Assembly: GCA_004764695.1 (NCBI GenBank)
Contig: SMSO01000031.1
Coordinates: forward strand, 5,748,761-5,812,760
DNA: 64,000 bases
Direction: 5' to 3'
Source: Schizochytrium sp. TIO01
Taxonomy: Eukaryota; Protista; Bigyra: Labyrinthulomycetes
In this document: positions 37,295-51,427 of the stretch, one piece after another
Layout of the letters: every line of letters begins with the position of its first letter
How positions within the stretch are numbered: the stretch's first letter is position 1
Made by a program: the position numbers and the translations under genes
The notes under the pieces: model-generated
What the model saw: only the letters and a program-made list of their open reading frames with translations
The model's database searches: none
What the model was told of the DNA's origin: nothing

Positions 37295-40200
37295 CTTTTG
37301 TTGGTCAGTTTCGGTCTAGCCTTTCAATTGCTGTTTGTGCGATTTTACGCTTCGCGAGTCTCCCAGCGTTCAGATAATTAGCTAGTAGGTATGCCGAGAT
37401 TCCTGTTTTCCCAGCTCCCCCCCTCTTCTTCTGTTCTGCAAGGTCGCTGGGCGCGAGAGTTTGCAAGAAAGCTAAAGTTCGTCTACTGAAATTGGATCAA
37501 AGAGCACCACCCCTTTGCAAGGCAGGCAGTCAAACTTGGTGTCCTGGCCAAAGGGAGACCTTCTGGACGACTCCTCTCCAACGGGAAGTCGGTCCTCTGG
37601 TGGAAGGCGGTAGCCGCGGATGGACCTCAGACGTTTCGATACAGACGCTTCTGCTGCGCTGGTCTTACTTATGGGCTTGTTGTGCAAGGGAGTACATACC
37701 TAAATATTGTATAGGCACGTACAGGTCATCGCTATCTCTCGGGGAGAAATGTTCGCAAGTATGATAGATAACCAAGACGTTAAAGGAGAGGAAATAATAC
37801 CCTTTTCCTATGGACGTCCATGGCCATATGCCAATTTAGGGGTAGGATTTTATATGATGCCCCCCTAAATTAAAGGTTTCCCCGATGGTTGTGTAATGTG
37901 TTTTCATCCATTTTGAACTCTGTCATATGTACGACTCGGAGGTATAGAGGATATCAATATTTGCCGATGCTTATTCGATATATGTATGGTATACTTCCAA
38001 AGTATCCCTGCAGGCTGCTCTATGTTTTCCCGAGCACGTTCGTAACCATGGTGCTTAGTAGTAGCTAGGTAGCTAGTGATTTGACATCTTGAAGTGGATT
38101 GGATTGTGTCAAGATTTGTGTTTTGCGAAATCGCGCCAGAGAGCTTTCCCGATGGTTGCGTAAGCCCTATGGAGAGGATATGGGGTCTGGGAGGAGGCCT
38201 CTATTTTTCAGGTCGTCAGACCTCAGCTTTCACAAAAACCTGCTTTAAGATCTGTGTGCGTGCGCCAAAGGGTTGGCATGCGCAAATTTGATCGAAATGA
38301 AATGATACCTACCTTTGACTAAGGCTGCGCGAGAGAGGGAATGTTTAGTGCTACCATAGTAGGTAGATGGATAGTAGGTACCTACTAGCATCATCTTGGA
38401 ATTTCAAAGTAATTGTAGCATGTCGAACTAGGAAGGTAAAGCTCAATTTTCAAGACGTCCATGGAGCGCGGTGCTCTAGATTTGCTTCGGCGATTGTTTA
38501 CAAGATGTTTTATTCAATTCGCAAGAAAGAAGTGCTTCTTGGAAATCGTCTTCAAGGCAAGCTTAAGATTATTTCCAACAGAGTTCACGATCAAGAGTTG
38601 GTTTTAGACAAAGCATCCCCTACTACTACCTGCACTTGCTTGTAATACTGGATTTTATGAGCTGGCGCGAGCACCAAAACCCATCTATCATCTTTTGTGT
38701 GTGCAAGGCGTCGACAGTGAGAAAGACTCGGAAGTCTAGCTGCTTCTGCTGTGTTGTTATACTTGGTGGTATAATTAGCGACTTAGGAAGGAGGAATGGT
38801 ACTTTTATTTTAGCCTGGGCCTCTTTTCATCAAAGAGTTGAGTTAATTGCCGATATTGCAAAATAGAAAACTAGTGAACCCGGCGATGCGATCTATCTCT
38901 TTCTGTTGCTTTTCGCTTTCACATTCTCAACTCCAGTACGCAGAAAAAACAAATTGCAAGCAAGCAAGCAGATAAGCGAATAAGCTAGCTCTGTTTGAAA
39001 CTCATCACCGGGAATAAACCTAAGCCGCGCTGACACTTAGAAATGCTTCTCCATTAACTAAGTCGCATTTCAATTCGAAAATGTTACGCAGCATGGTTGC
39101 TGGAGTCTTTTTTTAAAAGCTATTTCAAGAGACTCCCCGAAAGACGAGTATGCCACCCCTGCGTTCAATTTGTTTGTTGTTCCATTCCGTTCAATGGCCC
39201 AAACGTTTTGCAATACTGGCAAAAGCTTGGGGTTCGTGTCATACGTAGGCTCCAAGGTTTGTTATTCTTTGGGGAGACGGCGCTTTCCAGTTCGTGCTGT
39301 CCTGCTCAAGTCTTGGTGGCGTGTGCTTCTTCAAGTTTTTGCTTCGTGAGGAACTCGCACGTGGAGCATTTCTGCGATAAATGCGCGACGACACAAGAAC
39401 CAGATGAACGAATTCCTTTCATCTCTGTGGCACATTTCCTCCAACTCTTGCAGACGGCCCGAGCCTTATTTTGTTGCTTCTGCTGCTGATTGTCAATAAA
39501 CACGTAGGAACCGAACTTCATTCTCTGCATTGTGCGACGACGATGGCTGTGCAGACTGAACACCATATCATCTGCTGCATTTCACGATGTTTCGTAAATG
39601 TGGGCAACCCAGGTGCGTTTCCGCGGGGCAACTTACTTACTTACATGCTTAAAAGGTATCAATCGATAATGCTGGCTGGTCTCAGCAATCTTCTGCAGGA
39701 CCAGAGATCTGCCTCACTCACGAGTTTCCAACACGAGCCCTGGTCAGAGCTTTTTTCAAGACCAGCCAACTGAACGCCGCGATGCCTCCGAAGCAATGTA
39801 TCGAACGAACACCAGCCACGGAGAGAGAAGCCTGTGCGCCACAGATTTATTTCTTTATTTTATATATTTGTTTGTTTGTTTGTTCGTTCGTTCGTTCGTT
39901 TGTCAGGCCTTTCCTCGCCACTGGGCAGCGCATCGAAGGTGATGCACTCACTCACTCACTCACTCACTCGCTCATTCATTTGTCGATTCTTCATTCGACA
40001 TTGCTCAGATGAATCGTGAAGAGTGTTGAAATCTCCAAGTCGTGGTCCAGTTCGACGCCGTTCTCGTTGGAAGGGAGGAAAACACGGCAGGAGGGAATGA
40101 CATTTCTCTCAATCCTCCAAAGAGAAAGAGAGAAACTGAAGCGTTTTTAAACTTTAAAATACCGGCGAACGAAGCGCCAAAAAAGCACTTACTCTCTGTC

Positions 40201-41410
40201 TGTCTGCCTATCTGTCTCTTTCTTTCTTTTTATTCTTTGGAAACAAAGAAAAGAATGTCTCGGTTGTGGATTGGTTTGTGGAGATGGTCATTGAATCCTT
40301 TTCAAATCAATTTTCATTGGCCGGAACTCACTACAAAACTTGACTTCGTAGTTTGAAACGAGAGGCAAGCAGCAAGGAAAGAAAGAAATCCTTCGAGGTG
40401 CCTGAAGAGAGCTCCTCCTCTTCGACTCGATCGTTAATCTTCGCTGTCCTCGATGCTCTCCTCCGCACGCGTGTGTTTTTCTGCGCAGGAAGGCTCCCGC
40501 CATTTTTCGATTGACAGTTCTTGAGCTCAGGAAGGGTCACCTACCATTCATTTGCGTTGCGCACGTCGCAGCAAATTGATTGTGCAAAAGTTTTTCTTTT
40601 TGCCTTGACTTGTCAAGAACGCCATCAAAGGAACAAAGGAACACAGCACGGTTGTTTTTGGTGTTCGATTAAAAACAAAAACAAAATACTTTTTCTCCAA
40701 GTTTTCATTTTCCCTATTTGCAAACTTTGGGGCAGTCTTTTGAACTTTGAATTTTCATTTTTCAACTTTACTTTTAAAAAAAAAATAGAAGGCGCCAGAA
40801 CAAAATAAAATAATCAGGTACCTAGTACTGATTTTGTTTTGTCTTCACTCCCTCCCTAACAGGTAGTAGTAGTAGGTAGTACGTACCTACCTATCAGCGC
40901 CTGTTTTGAAGGTTCGTTCATTCTGCTGTGCCGTTTTGTGAACAGTTCTTTCTGAAAGGAACACCAGAGCTGCCTTCCTTCTTCCGAGTTCACCCTGCGT
41001 CATTAAAAAGAAAAGAAAAAAAGGACGGTCACAACGAAGACTAATAGTAACAGGAAAGAAGGGACCCCTTCCTTTTTGTTGTTGTTAATGTTTCTTTTTA
41101 TTTGCTTCCTTATTTTAAAAACTCAAATACACTCAAGTTGTTTTTGAATTTAAAATAGTTCATCGGAAAGCGATTGTTGTGGATCGAGATCATCAATCAA
41201 AGAACTTCACGCGGGACGAAGAACTTGCCGCCCTCTCGCTCGAGAACCCGGTCTGTCGTCTGAGCACGCATAAAATGGGGAAAATGCCGCAGCTCTCCTC
41301 GCCGACCCGAGTTTGGGTGGCTGCGAGAGATCGAACATCGATTGTTTATTCTCGTTCTCATATGTCCGTCCAATTGCTAAAGAGACTGGAAGAAGGTGGC
41401 AGCTCCCACT

Positions 41411-41503
41411 TTTAAATTTTGAATTTAAATGTCTATTTGAATTCTTCAAATTCGAATTCGAATTTGAGTTTGAATTTGAATTATTTGAATTCGAATTCGA
41501 ATA
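41411..41503. repeat. Degenerate (TTTGAA/TTCGAA)n hexamer repeat
   Basis: Direct reading; same unit as 49115-49183 in the opposite orientation. Confidence 0.8.
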
Positions 41504-42048
41504 ATCCTCAGTCGAAGATGAGAACCCCGCGCGGCCAGGCTTACAAAACGGAAAGAAGGCAGCGATGGCGATACGACCGGCCAAAGCCCAGAGACCCGAA
41601 GAGTCTTTTCGGTCTCTTCGGCGGCGCCTTTCCCCTCCTATCCTCCCCTCTGCACCTCGAAGAGGCAAGCCTCAGCTTTTCAAGCTTTCCTCCGTTCTCT
41701 CTGTGTTTCCTTTGCTTTCCCCTGCCGCTAGGCCGCCGCTAGCAAGTCCTACCCCGTCCAGGCCGGAGCACGCGCACCTCACGGCAAGACTGAACGGAAA
41801 GGCGAAATGAGACAAAGCTCCGGAGACACGCTCGGCACAGCTCCTGCTCCACGCCAAGACGGCCTCGAAGCCACGCCTGCGCTCTGCTCTTTTGGCGGCA
41901 AGCTCGGGGCCTGCTTTGGGAGCGAGGGAGGCAGATCGATCGATAGATAGCTGTTGTTTGTTTGCTTGTTTGTTTGTTTGCTGGTGGATCTCGAGAACGA
42001 CCCGTTCTTCGAAAAAGATAAAAGCACCCGGAGCTTTGAGAGTTTGTT

Positions 42049-42082
<34 letters not shown>

Positions 42083-45000
42083 CCTGTCTGAGGAGCTCTC
42101 TATGCTCTCTATGCTCTTCTTCCTTCAGACCCTCACGTGAACACGGCCGTGGAATTCTGATGAAATCCAGAGGAACTCGCATCGACTGAAGGTTTTTTGG
42201 TTTCCACATACATACATATATATATATATGCGCAAACAGCTCAAGCGACGCCGCCACGAAGCTAACGATGCTTTCTGCGTATGCTTTCTTGAAGGCGTGT
42301 GTGTCTATGTGGAGCGGCAGCCTTGAGAAAGCGGGGCCACAGGGAGCGTGGGCAGAAGATGGGGAGCACGAGGAGGTGCAGGAGCAGGCCGATCGAGAGT
42401 AGTGACCAGCGCAGAGTGAGCGAGTGAGTGAGTGGGAAGAACGGTGGTTCTTACCTTGACGTTCTTCGACTTTTTAAATTGTTTTTAAATTAAAACAAAC
42501 AACAAAAGATCAAAGAACAAAAACAATTAGAGAGCCTTCGAGTTGAAGGAAAACAACAAAGCTCTGTGTTTTTTTTCTTGTCACGAATAGGTTTTCACCT
42601 TTTTTTTATTCTTTTTTTTTTTTTAATTGGAGGGAAAGGAGGTTAAAACATAGCATGTCTTCCTTTTCTTATTATCGCTTATTCTTTTCGTTTTCCGTTT
42701 GAAAGTGAAGGGGAAAAAAGTAAAGGCGGTGCTTTTCACGAATGAACTAAGGTCACCGAAGTCGAGAGAGGTTAAGTAAGAGATTGAGGTGATTTCCATC
42801 TCTAAACTAAACTATCGTCGATTCCAAACTATCGTCGATGGTCGATCCATGAGTTGGGTTTGGCGCAAGCACCGCTGTGCTTCTCGTTCCTGGCGGAGAT
42901 GAGCTGTTTGTTTGTAGGATTGATTGTCCAAGGGAGCCACATTACGAAGTTTCGGCAATTGCCTCGTGCTTCGCGCTTCGCCCCGAACAGCTAATCGAGC
43001 CCGCGAAGAAGATCGATCACCAACTTCAATCCATTCAAGGAAGGCCATCGTCATCAGAACATCGATTCCAGGGAAACAAACTCGGGCTTCACCAGAAAGT
43101 GAGTGCTGTGCCGCAATTCCGAAGCAAGACGAAGCTTTCGCTCCACTACGTCTGCGATACGAGGATCTCTTTCGTATCCAGAAACCTTTATTATTGCTTT
43201 CCCGTGTTTGTCATGGGCATGTGGCATCTTCATCCAGTATTCTCGCTCCAAGCTTGGCAGGAGGGTCTTCGCGAGCCGGGGCTGTGCGTCATCGAGTCGA
43301 GGAGAACGGATGGGCTCAAGGATGCAATCAAATGCATCTTCAAAAGCCGTGGATTATCATTCATTCGTTCATTCATGGATTGAATATTTCAAGATTGTAA
43401 ATTCACGAGATAGAGCTATCTATCTGTATCCCATCGATCTGCTTCCTGAAGAGCTATCTAACCAACTACCTACCTACTTACTACCTGGAGGCTGCTTTCT
43501 ACCAACCAGGTACCTAGAGAGCTCAACAAACGAAGGAACAAACACACAAAAGTCTCCACCGTCCATCGATCGAGCGAAGTCATTCCCCCCGTCGCTGCGT
43601 CGAACTCGGCCTCGTTGGAAATATCCTCTCTGCCTGCTTCCTGTTGCTGCTGCTGCTGCTTGCCTGCCTGGAATTCGAGGTGCTCAGCCCAGCCGGCGGG
43701 CCCAGCGATTTATTTGAATTTCTTCAGGCTCTTCAAGCTCTTCAAGCTCTTCAAGCTCAGGTTCTGCTCGGAGGAGTGAGGATGCAGCCGTATCGAGGTC
43801 TACATGTATGTGTCTTCTTCGCAGGCTTGAGAGGGCTCTGGCGTCAAAGTTTGCTTTCTCCAGAGTTTGATCGCTCGGGACACGAATGAACAAGAGAATA
43901 TCAAAATTCATCTAAAGGGCGTGGACGTCTTTCTGGGTGCAGTGCTGTCTCGCTGTGAAGAACTCTGCTGCCTGCCGAAGAGCTGCACGGTAGCGTAAGC
44001 ACACTGATCCTACCCAGGTACATATTTGTGAAGAATGATGTCCACGTGTTCTTGACTTGCAGACCGTCGGAGTGATTGTGTTTTAGCATGGTACGACATA
44101 TCATGCCACGAAATGATATGATTTTAGAGGCAGAGCGAGACTTGCTTCGATGGGGGCTGCAAATGCAAACCAGAAGATGTCGAGTCTCTACTGATAAAAG
44201 CGGATCTTTTTGCGATCATTTCGAAAGCGCCTGGCTTCTTCGAGTTTGTTCTTGTGGATGCGTTAGCTCTTCACGGACATGCTTGAGCTTTTCGTGAAAG
44301 TTTGGAAACTTACCCATTATTATTTATTTCCATTGCATCAAAAGCCACAAAACGCAAAACGCACTCTGGACGAGTTGGTACCTGAGAACTTGCATGCGCA
44401 GAGATTGCAGTGACGAGCAGGTGGTTTCCAACGTAAAGTTTCGAGGTCCAAACTATTCCAGCACCCGATCGAGTGCGCAAGGGTGCATTATGAGGACGGT
44501 GCCGTCTAGTAGGTAGGTCCCTGGCTAGGTGATAAGGATCCACGATGGGAGGTTTTACGAAGGACACGACGGAGGACCTGCATGCAACACGTGTTTCAAT
44601 TTCTGCCAACATTTGCATCATAGATGCTGATTGTGGCGACAAGTTCAACGCCATCTTCAAGTTTATTTCATTTCTTATTTCTTGTTCTTGGCCTTGCGAA
44701 GCAGTTCTTGGCCTTGCGAAGCATGATAGGGATGATCAGTGCCGTACCTTCGATTTGGGGTGTGCACTTGAAAACAAAGCACCTCAACTGAGGCTTGGGC
44801 CTTGAAATTGAAACGCGGGCTCGGGGTATGGCCTATGGGACCATCTTTATCAATTTGCAGCTCGGATCAAATGACCTAAACCTGCTCGGAGCGTATGAAA
44901 GCTGTGCAGCAACGGTCTGTTGTATCTTCTAGATCTCCTGCGAAATCTGCCGGCTTTGTTGAGATATATATACTTTTTTCTTTTCTTTCTTTTCTTTCTA

Positions 45001-48000
45001 AGGATTTGTTTACTCATATTTATATATTTATTTGCATACTTTTAATTTAAAAAACATGTTTTCATTTCATTTAAAACTTAAACTTAAAACTAAAAGGTAG
45101 TAGAGTTAAAAGTTATGATTTTCTATCTCTGATATAATATTTTTTATCATTTCTACTTAGTGGTGGTTAGTACATTATGAAAATATTTTAAATATAAAGA
45201 CAGTCGTGTTTTTCAAAAAACATTATCTCGTCAGCGAGAACTTAAATCGTTTCTCATGAAGGAGAGGAAAGAGAAGAGAAGAGGAGAGGAGAGGAGAGGA
45301 GGGACTTTTTCATTGTTTTCTCTTTTCTTCTTTTTCTCTCTAAAAGTCTCCTTGCTCGCGTCTCTGAATGCCTACGCCGCCGAGGACGTGCATAAACAAA
45401 CATACCACTCACGAATTCATTCACCATTTCCTCAGCGCCGTGGACGCTTATGTCGATTTCTCCAGCCGAGGCGCCGAACCAGGCTGCACAAATCCATCGA
45501 AACTACACGTGCATAGATACTTTGAACACAGGCGGGAGCTTTCCAATGAACGAGAGAGGGTCATTCATTTCGACCACAGTTCTTTCCTTTTCATTCAACT
45601 CGACGGAGAAATGAAGATTCCAACCGCAGCGCGAGCCTCCAGCCTGCCTCCAGCCGCGTCTCCGCCTGCGCAGCCTTAGCCGCCCGTCTATGTCTATCTT
45701 CGTACGCTGCACGCCCTCGCGCCCTCAACAGCCATGATCTTCTCCAATCTAATCTTCGATCGCCAATCTTCGATCGATTCCAAAGACCTCCTTTCGCACA
45801 CCTGCTGCTACCGGCACTGCTACTGGCGCCCTATCTACCTCTAGAGGTACCTAGTACGACTATCAAACGAGCTTTTTCAAATCAAACGGCACACACCTTT
45901 GGCTCCTCCTCCTTCGCTGTGTAAGTGCGTGAGTGAGTCATCCGTCGGTCTCTTGAGATAAGTGAGATGATCTTCGCTTACACTCCACCCAATCACTCAC
46001 TCACTCACTCCGACGTGCCAAGTCAGTGTGTGTTCTGCTGCTTTTCAACCTCTACGCTCCTCTGAGCTGTCCTGGAGAGGCGCCTCAGTGGCCTTCTTAG
46101 TGGCTCTGCTCGCGGCCATGCCTTAAGGTAGCAGTCGCATGCATCGGTGGGTGCGTTCAAAACTATGAACGGCGCAGCGTCCGTTCTCGATATTTCGATG
46201 AACCTCCATCGCTCTTACCACTCGGTAGCAATTTCATAGGTTGCCTAGGCTGTACTAGGAGTGCCTACTAGCGCTCTCTCTCTCTCTCTCTCGATTATGG
46301 TCATGATTTTGATGTATTGGCCTTATTCCGGTACCATTCAAAACAAAGTCCGCTGCTAATTTTATTCATTGTTTTAACTTTTACTGCTATCCCCTTGTTC
46401 CTCCTCCTCTTCCCGTTCTTTTGGTTGCAGGGATATATGTACAGTCAGCTCCTGTTCAAAGAAACTTGTTGTTGCCATCCTCAAGTGACTAAATCCATGG
46501 TTTGGGGGAAAAGTAAGTGAGTCGCGCTGATCTTTGAGCCAGATTATGAAAAGAGGTGGTCCTAAGAAAGGGGAAGCGACATACAGACTCAGAGTCCTCG
46601 GTCCACCTCAAGAAAGCTTCGATGATGAAGAGAGCTCTCTCCGCGGCCGCAGAAGCTGACCAGAGCTGCAGCTTTCCCGCCTTTGCAGCTTGGTTTCGGG
46701 GCGGGGGATGGGTGATAGGACACGCATCGTGATTTTTCCTTGTTTCACCTGTTTGAATATACATTGATTGTCCAATTGAAGAGACCAGCCAGCCAAACGA
46801 AAGCCTTACGTCATCAATCTTTGCAGTTGATTTTCTGGCCTCGGAGATGCTTCGCTGCGCCTTTTCAGAGCCAACGCAGCGGCTTTAGACAAAGTCAAAT
46901 GCTCTCCAGTATTTTGATTGGGAATGAATTTTGAATGAACTCTGATAACAGTTAAAGTTGAGCGATTGATCAATCAATTAATCAATTAATCAAGAGCTTT
47001 TGACAACTCGTCGTCGAAATTTCGGTTGCGGTTACACCTTCGTGCACTTTCCTCGCTGAGCGGTTCGAAAGGGATGTTGCGACTGTGGGGGCGTGCGCGT
47101 GTTTTCAGCGATACGATAGCCTGCTAAGACTGGATTGGGCTGTCCCTCTGCGGGGATAACTCACTTTCTCGTTTTTCTCTCACTGCTCACGGCAGATTTA
47201 ATATAATTATGTAGGTACTTGTTACCGAGTAGGTAGAAGGTAGGTAGTGTTTTCTTTCCTAGTTTTTTTTTTTTTCGCATTCAAAGCAAAGCCTTTTTAA
47301 TATTTTTAGTTTTTAGTTGCTTCTTTCTCTACAGTAAAACTTTTTAATATTTTATACCGTGACTGTCTTTTTTTCTTTTTCTTAAAATTTTATAAAAGCT
47401 GGACATAAATAAATATGTAGGCGTGTTGATTCATGACTATTGAAAGAAGTAATAGTAAACAGTGCTACTGAGGCCGTAGTAAAAAGATCTTGTTTGTTTC
47501 TTTTAAAGACTGCAATAAATTACAGGTAGGATTTCGAAATTTATCTGGGGAGATGAGGCAACCAACTTGAAGAGTTGTGGTTTCTGTTCTAAAGCTTTGC
47601 CATGGACGGGAACCTCGGAGGTATCAGGCGTACCTACCTTGACCCCGCCTTGACGTGCACGTGTGTATGCGTCATCTGTGTGATGGATCTCTCATGACGG
47701 CGCCCTTTCAATCAAGCACGGATCCATCGGACGAGGAGGTTCTAGATGCCGAGCAGTCAAGACTTCGTAAATGTTCTGTTCTCTACAGCATCGCTTCGAC
47801 TGTAAAACCTCAGGTACCTACCTACCTATACCTACCTACGTACTAAGTAAGTGTTCCCTTGGTCCGAGCAAACGAGCGAGCGAATGAAAATGGGAATGAA
47901 TCAAGTTTGAGAGAGTGTGCCTTAAACTGAGATCGATTCGTTGCTCAATTCGTGTGTGGACGAGGCGCGTGGAAGGACCGTGCTGCAACGTCTTAAGCAC

Positions 48001-48850
48001 ACAGGCCAAAGAGCCTAAAATTGAGGCTTGCCATCGCATTATTGAGCAGCCTGAAAACTGCACGCGATGCAGTCTCGTGCCTTCTGAAAATGAGCCCAGT
48101 TGGAACGTCACTTTCATCAGTCGTTCATCAGAGGCCATCGCTGTAGGCGTCCACAACCCTGCGATTGGGTAAGACCTTAAGCAAGAGCTTGCTCGCTCGA
48201 GTATTTCGTTTCTCCACGCGTAAGTCGAGTTTCAAATTCAGTCTCCCTTAACGCATAACTGTGATGTGCAGCGCGTTACGTTGCGGCCATACGAGCATTT
48301 CAAATCGCTCATCAAGGTGCAGGTCACGGTGAAGATAGAGAAGACCAATGTTGGAAACCATGCCGTGGTCCGTCTGTCTGGCCCGCTGTGGAATGGCCGT
48401 GAAATCTGGACACCACCATCCGCGACACCCTTTCCGCCGGCGGAACGGCTCACTCCCCAGACGAGCGAGCACACGCCGCCGAACGCGGCAGCCGGCCTCG
48501 ATTCATCCTGCGCCCAGCTCGACCTGTTTCAGAGTTCTGTTCGCTCGACAGCCAATTCTTCTGCACCAGCCTCGTCTCGACCTTCGATTTCAGGTTCTCT
48601 TCGGCAGACGCGGCCTAGCACCCGCCTACCGCCAACAGTAGCAGTGTCACATTCAAACACTGAATGGAACGCAGCGCGAAGGAATCGTGAGAAACGTGAA
48701 GAATTTGGAGGAACGAGGTATCTCCCTCCCTAAGAAATGCGAGGAATGACCTTGAAGCGAGCGCCGTCTACGAACACCTTCACGGGCGCCTGCGCCGCGG
48801 CCGAGGGCGCAGTAGTTCATCCTTCCCTCGCGCGGATGGATGGGCGGACG

Positions 48851-48880
48851 GGTAGGTAGGTAGGTAGGTAGGTAGGTAGG
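48851..48880. repeat. (GGTA)n microsatellite
   Basis: Direct reading. Confidence 0.92.
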
Positions 48881-49114
48881 TGGATGATCTCGAGGGCGGC
48901 ACATCCGCGTCGCCGCCGCTGTCGATGGACGCCTCCTCCGCCCTCTCGTGGCCCAGCTCGTCGAGGCCTGTCTGTTCGAGGGAGGCACGAGAGCTCCTCG
49001 TCGCTTTGGGGTTCTGAATCCCTGCGAACTGCTCCGTTTCGGCTGAACCTGATCTAACTTGATCGTCCCCGTGGATGGTGTCTGCTTAAGTACCTGTCTT
49101 GATTCGATATTCTG

Positions 49115-49183
49115 AATTCAAATTCAAATTCAAATTCAAATTCAAATTCAAATTCAAATTCAAATTCAAATTCAAATTCAAAT
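49115..49183. repeat. (AATTCA)n hexamer repeat
   Basis: About 11 tandem units read directly. Confidence 0.95.
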
Positions 49184-51240
49184 CGAAGCGAATTTCTGTC
49201 CCTTCTTCTCTTTTTTCTTTTTCTTTCTTTCTTTCTTTCTTGAAATAATAATAAACATCATATCTCTTCTCTCTTTTTTTTCCTTTTTCTTTTTTTCTTC
49301 TTCTTCTTTTTGCTTTTTTTAAATGGTATTGACATACATATATATGACTTGGACGACTCTGACCATCGCTGCTTCTTCTCTCAGACTCGATTGACCAAAA
49401 CAAAGAAGAAGAGAAGAGACTGACAAGCAGAACGTTTTGGCTAAGCTAATTAAAACTAAACCCATCACTGTTGACGGCTGAGAGACGTTCCGCCGCCTCT
49501 CCGCTTCGTTGCTCCTGATACCTACAGTATTTCATGTATGACTCGGTATACAATCTCAATCTCAGCCGCAATCCTTACTATGACGATTCATTCTCTCGAT
49601 CGCGGCTGCGACTCCTCTCCAAAAATAAATAGTTATTAGTACTAGGCGCCACCTATGAACTTAATTATTTTAATTTTTTTTAAGATCATATTTTATTTAT
49701 TTATTTTAATGAAATTTGAAACACATTTGTATATTATTTCGAAACTTAGGGATGGATATCTATTTAAAACATGGCTCAGATCGGCAGAAATCTTTCTTTC
49801 TTGGCGATCGACCTCTTCAAGAGCGAGCTTGCACCAAAATAAGCTAGGGTCGCGGCCACCTCTCGTCGATCCCACTTCCGCCCTCGCTTTCACGGACCCC
49901 TTCAACCCTCTTCAAACCCGCGTCGGTCTCTCTTCACCGCCCCGCCTGCACCGTCTCCGAGCAGTCTCTGGCGATCTCCGCGCGAACTCGCTGCTTTCCA
50001 CTCCTACCCGACCTCCTACCTGCGCCCTATGCGCCGTTCTGTTCTAATATCTGCTCCGTTTTAGCCGTTCTGCTGTTCTTATCCCCTGCTGTCCTAGTGT
50101 TGTCGTCGTTCTTGCTGCTGTTCTTGTTGCTGTTCTTGTTGCTGTTCTTCTTTCTGCCGTAGAGAAAGAGGATCCTCCATCCTCAGCGGCTCTGAACCGC
50201 GCCTCTTCGACCGCATGCACGCTGCGCCGACTCTCGCGCACGCCTGTTCCTTTCTTCCAGTGCCTTCCGGCGCCTTTCAGGGAGGGCAGGTAGGTACAGA
50301 CAGGACAGACAGCTTGAGCTTGTAGAAAGCACCCCAGGATCTTGATTGAAGGAAGCGTTGAAGCATTCGTTCAAAGGCTGAGAGAGACAAACGTGATGGT
50401 TGATTTTCATGGGCTTTTTCCCGCTCTAGAGATGAATTAATGGCTCTGTCTCTTCTTGGCTGTTGTTTTTAGTGGACAGACGGAGAGGAGGATCCCTTTT
50501 TCGGTTGGATTGCTTTCTTTTTTTCTTTCTTTCTTTCTTTCTTTTTTTCTTTTTTTCCTTTTTTTCTGTTTTTCGAACTCAGATCTCCAAGAACCAGCCC
50601 GCCGGTTTTGGCGATGATGCGTGCTCCTTCCCTCGGACTCCCTCAGATTCCCTCGGAAGGCTTGAGAAAGCAGGCAGCTGGTGCCGGGCCTCCCGATGCG
50701 ACGGCGCACGCGATGCCAGCGAGAGCTTCGTGCGTTGAAGCAGCCCGACATCGCAGAGCCAACGCACCCGAACGCAAAACTCAAGAACCCGAAAGCTTCC
50801 TTGATCGTAGCCATTTTAACTTACTTAGCTTTTTTTAAGTAGAATCATTGATTTCGACTGGAGAGCATCGCTCGTTTTAGTCAAGGTGGGTAATGAGTTG
50901 ACTTTAAAAACTCAAGCCAAAACAACAGTCAATCACTCACTCGCGACGTTCTGCCTCCTACCTGACCTTAGCGCACTACATGACACCTTGTGCGGGAAGG
51001 GCACTTGACGGGAAGAGAGGTTGTTTTAGATCCCCATGCAGGGCCTCAAAGGCTGCGAGGCCTGGCCCGAAAGGGGCATCTTACGCGCTCTGCGATGATA
51101 AGGCGACACCTGCCTGCTTTTGCTTTTCAAGTTAGAGCACGTTCCAAAGGAGTAAGCTGCTTTCCTCTTCCGGGTTTCTTTCTTTTTTTAAGGAAGTCGA
51201 AGATCGAAGATCGAAAAGCGGAAATAAGAATCAAGAATTC

Positions 51241-51427
51241 AAACAAACAAACAAACAAACAAACAAACAAACAAACAAACAAACAAACAAACAAACAAAC
51301 AAACAAACAAACAAACAAACAAACAAACAAACAAACAAACAAACAGACAAACAAACAAACAAACAAACAAACAAACAAACAAACAAACAAACAAACAAAC
51401 AAACAAACAAACAAACAAACAAACAAA
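51241..51427. repeat. (AAAC)n microsatellite, about 46 units with one AGAC variant
   Basis: Direct reading; explains the QTNK and FVCL repeat ORFs. Confidence 0.98.

Noticed and set aside
44684-44723. Exact 20-nt tandem duplication GTTCTTGGCCTTGCGAAGCA
   Set aside because: An isolated slippage-type duplication with no associated element.
47915-48733. Possible spliced cryptic gene (ORFs 47915-48172 and 48266-48733 with GTAAG/CAG sites)
   Set aside because: No ATG start, no recognisable domain and no codon bias like the real genes.
49040-49080. GAACCTGATC resembling the TPP riboswitch core
   Set aside because: Lacks the upstream CTGAGA motif and the downstream TAAT..GCG.AGGGA elements.
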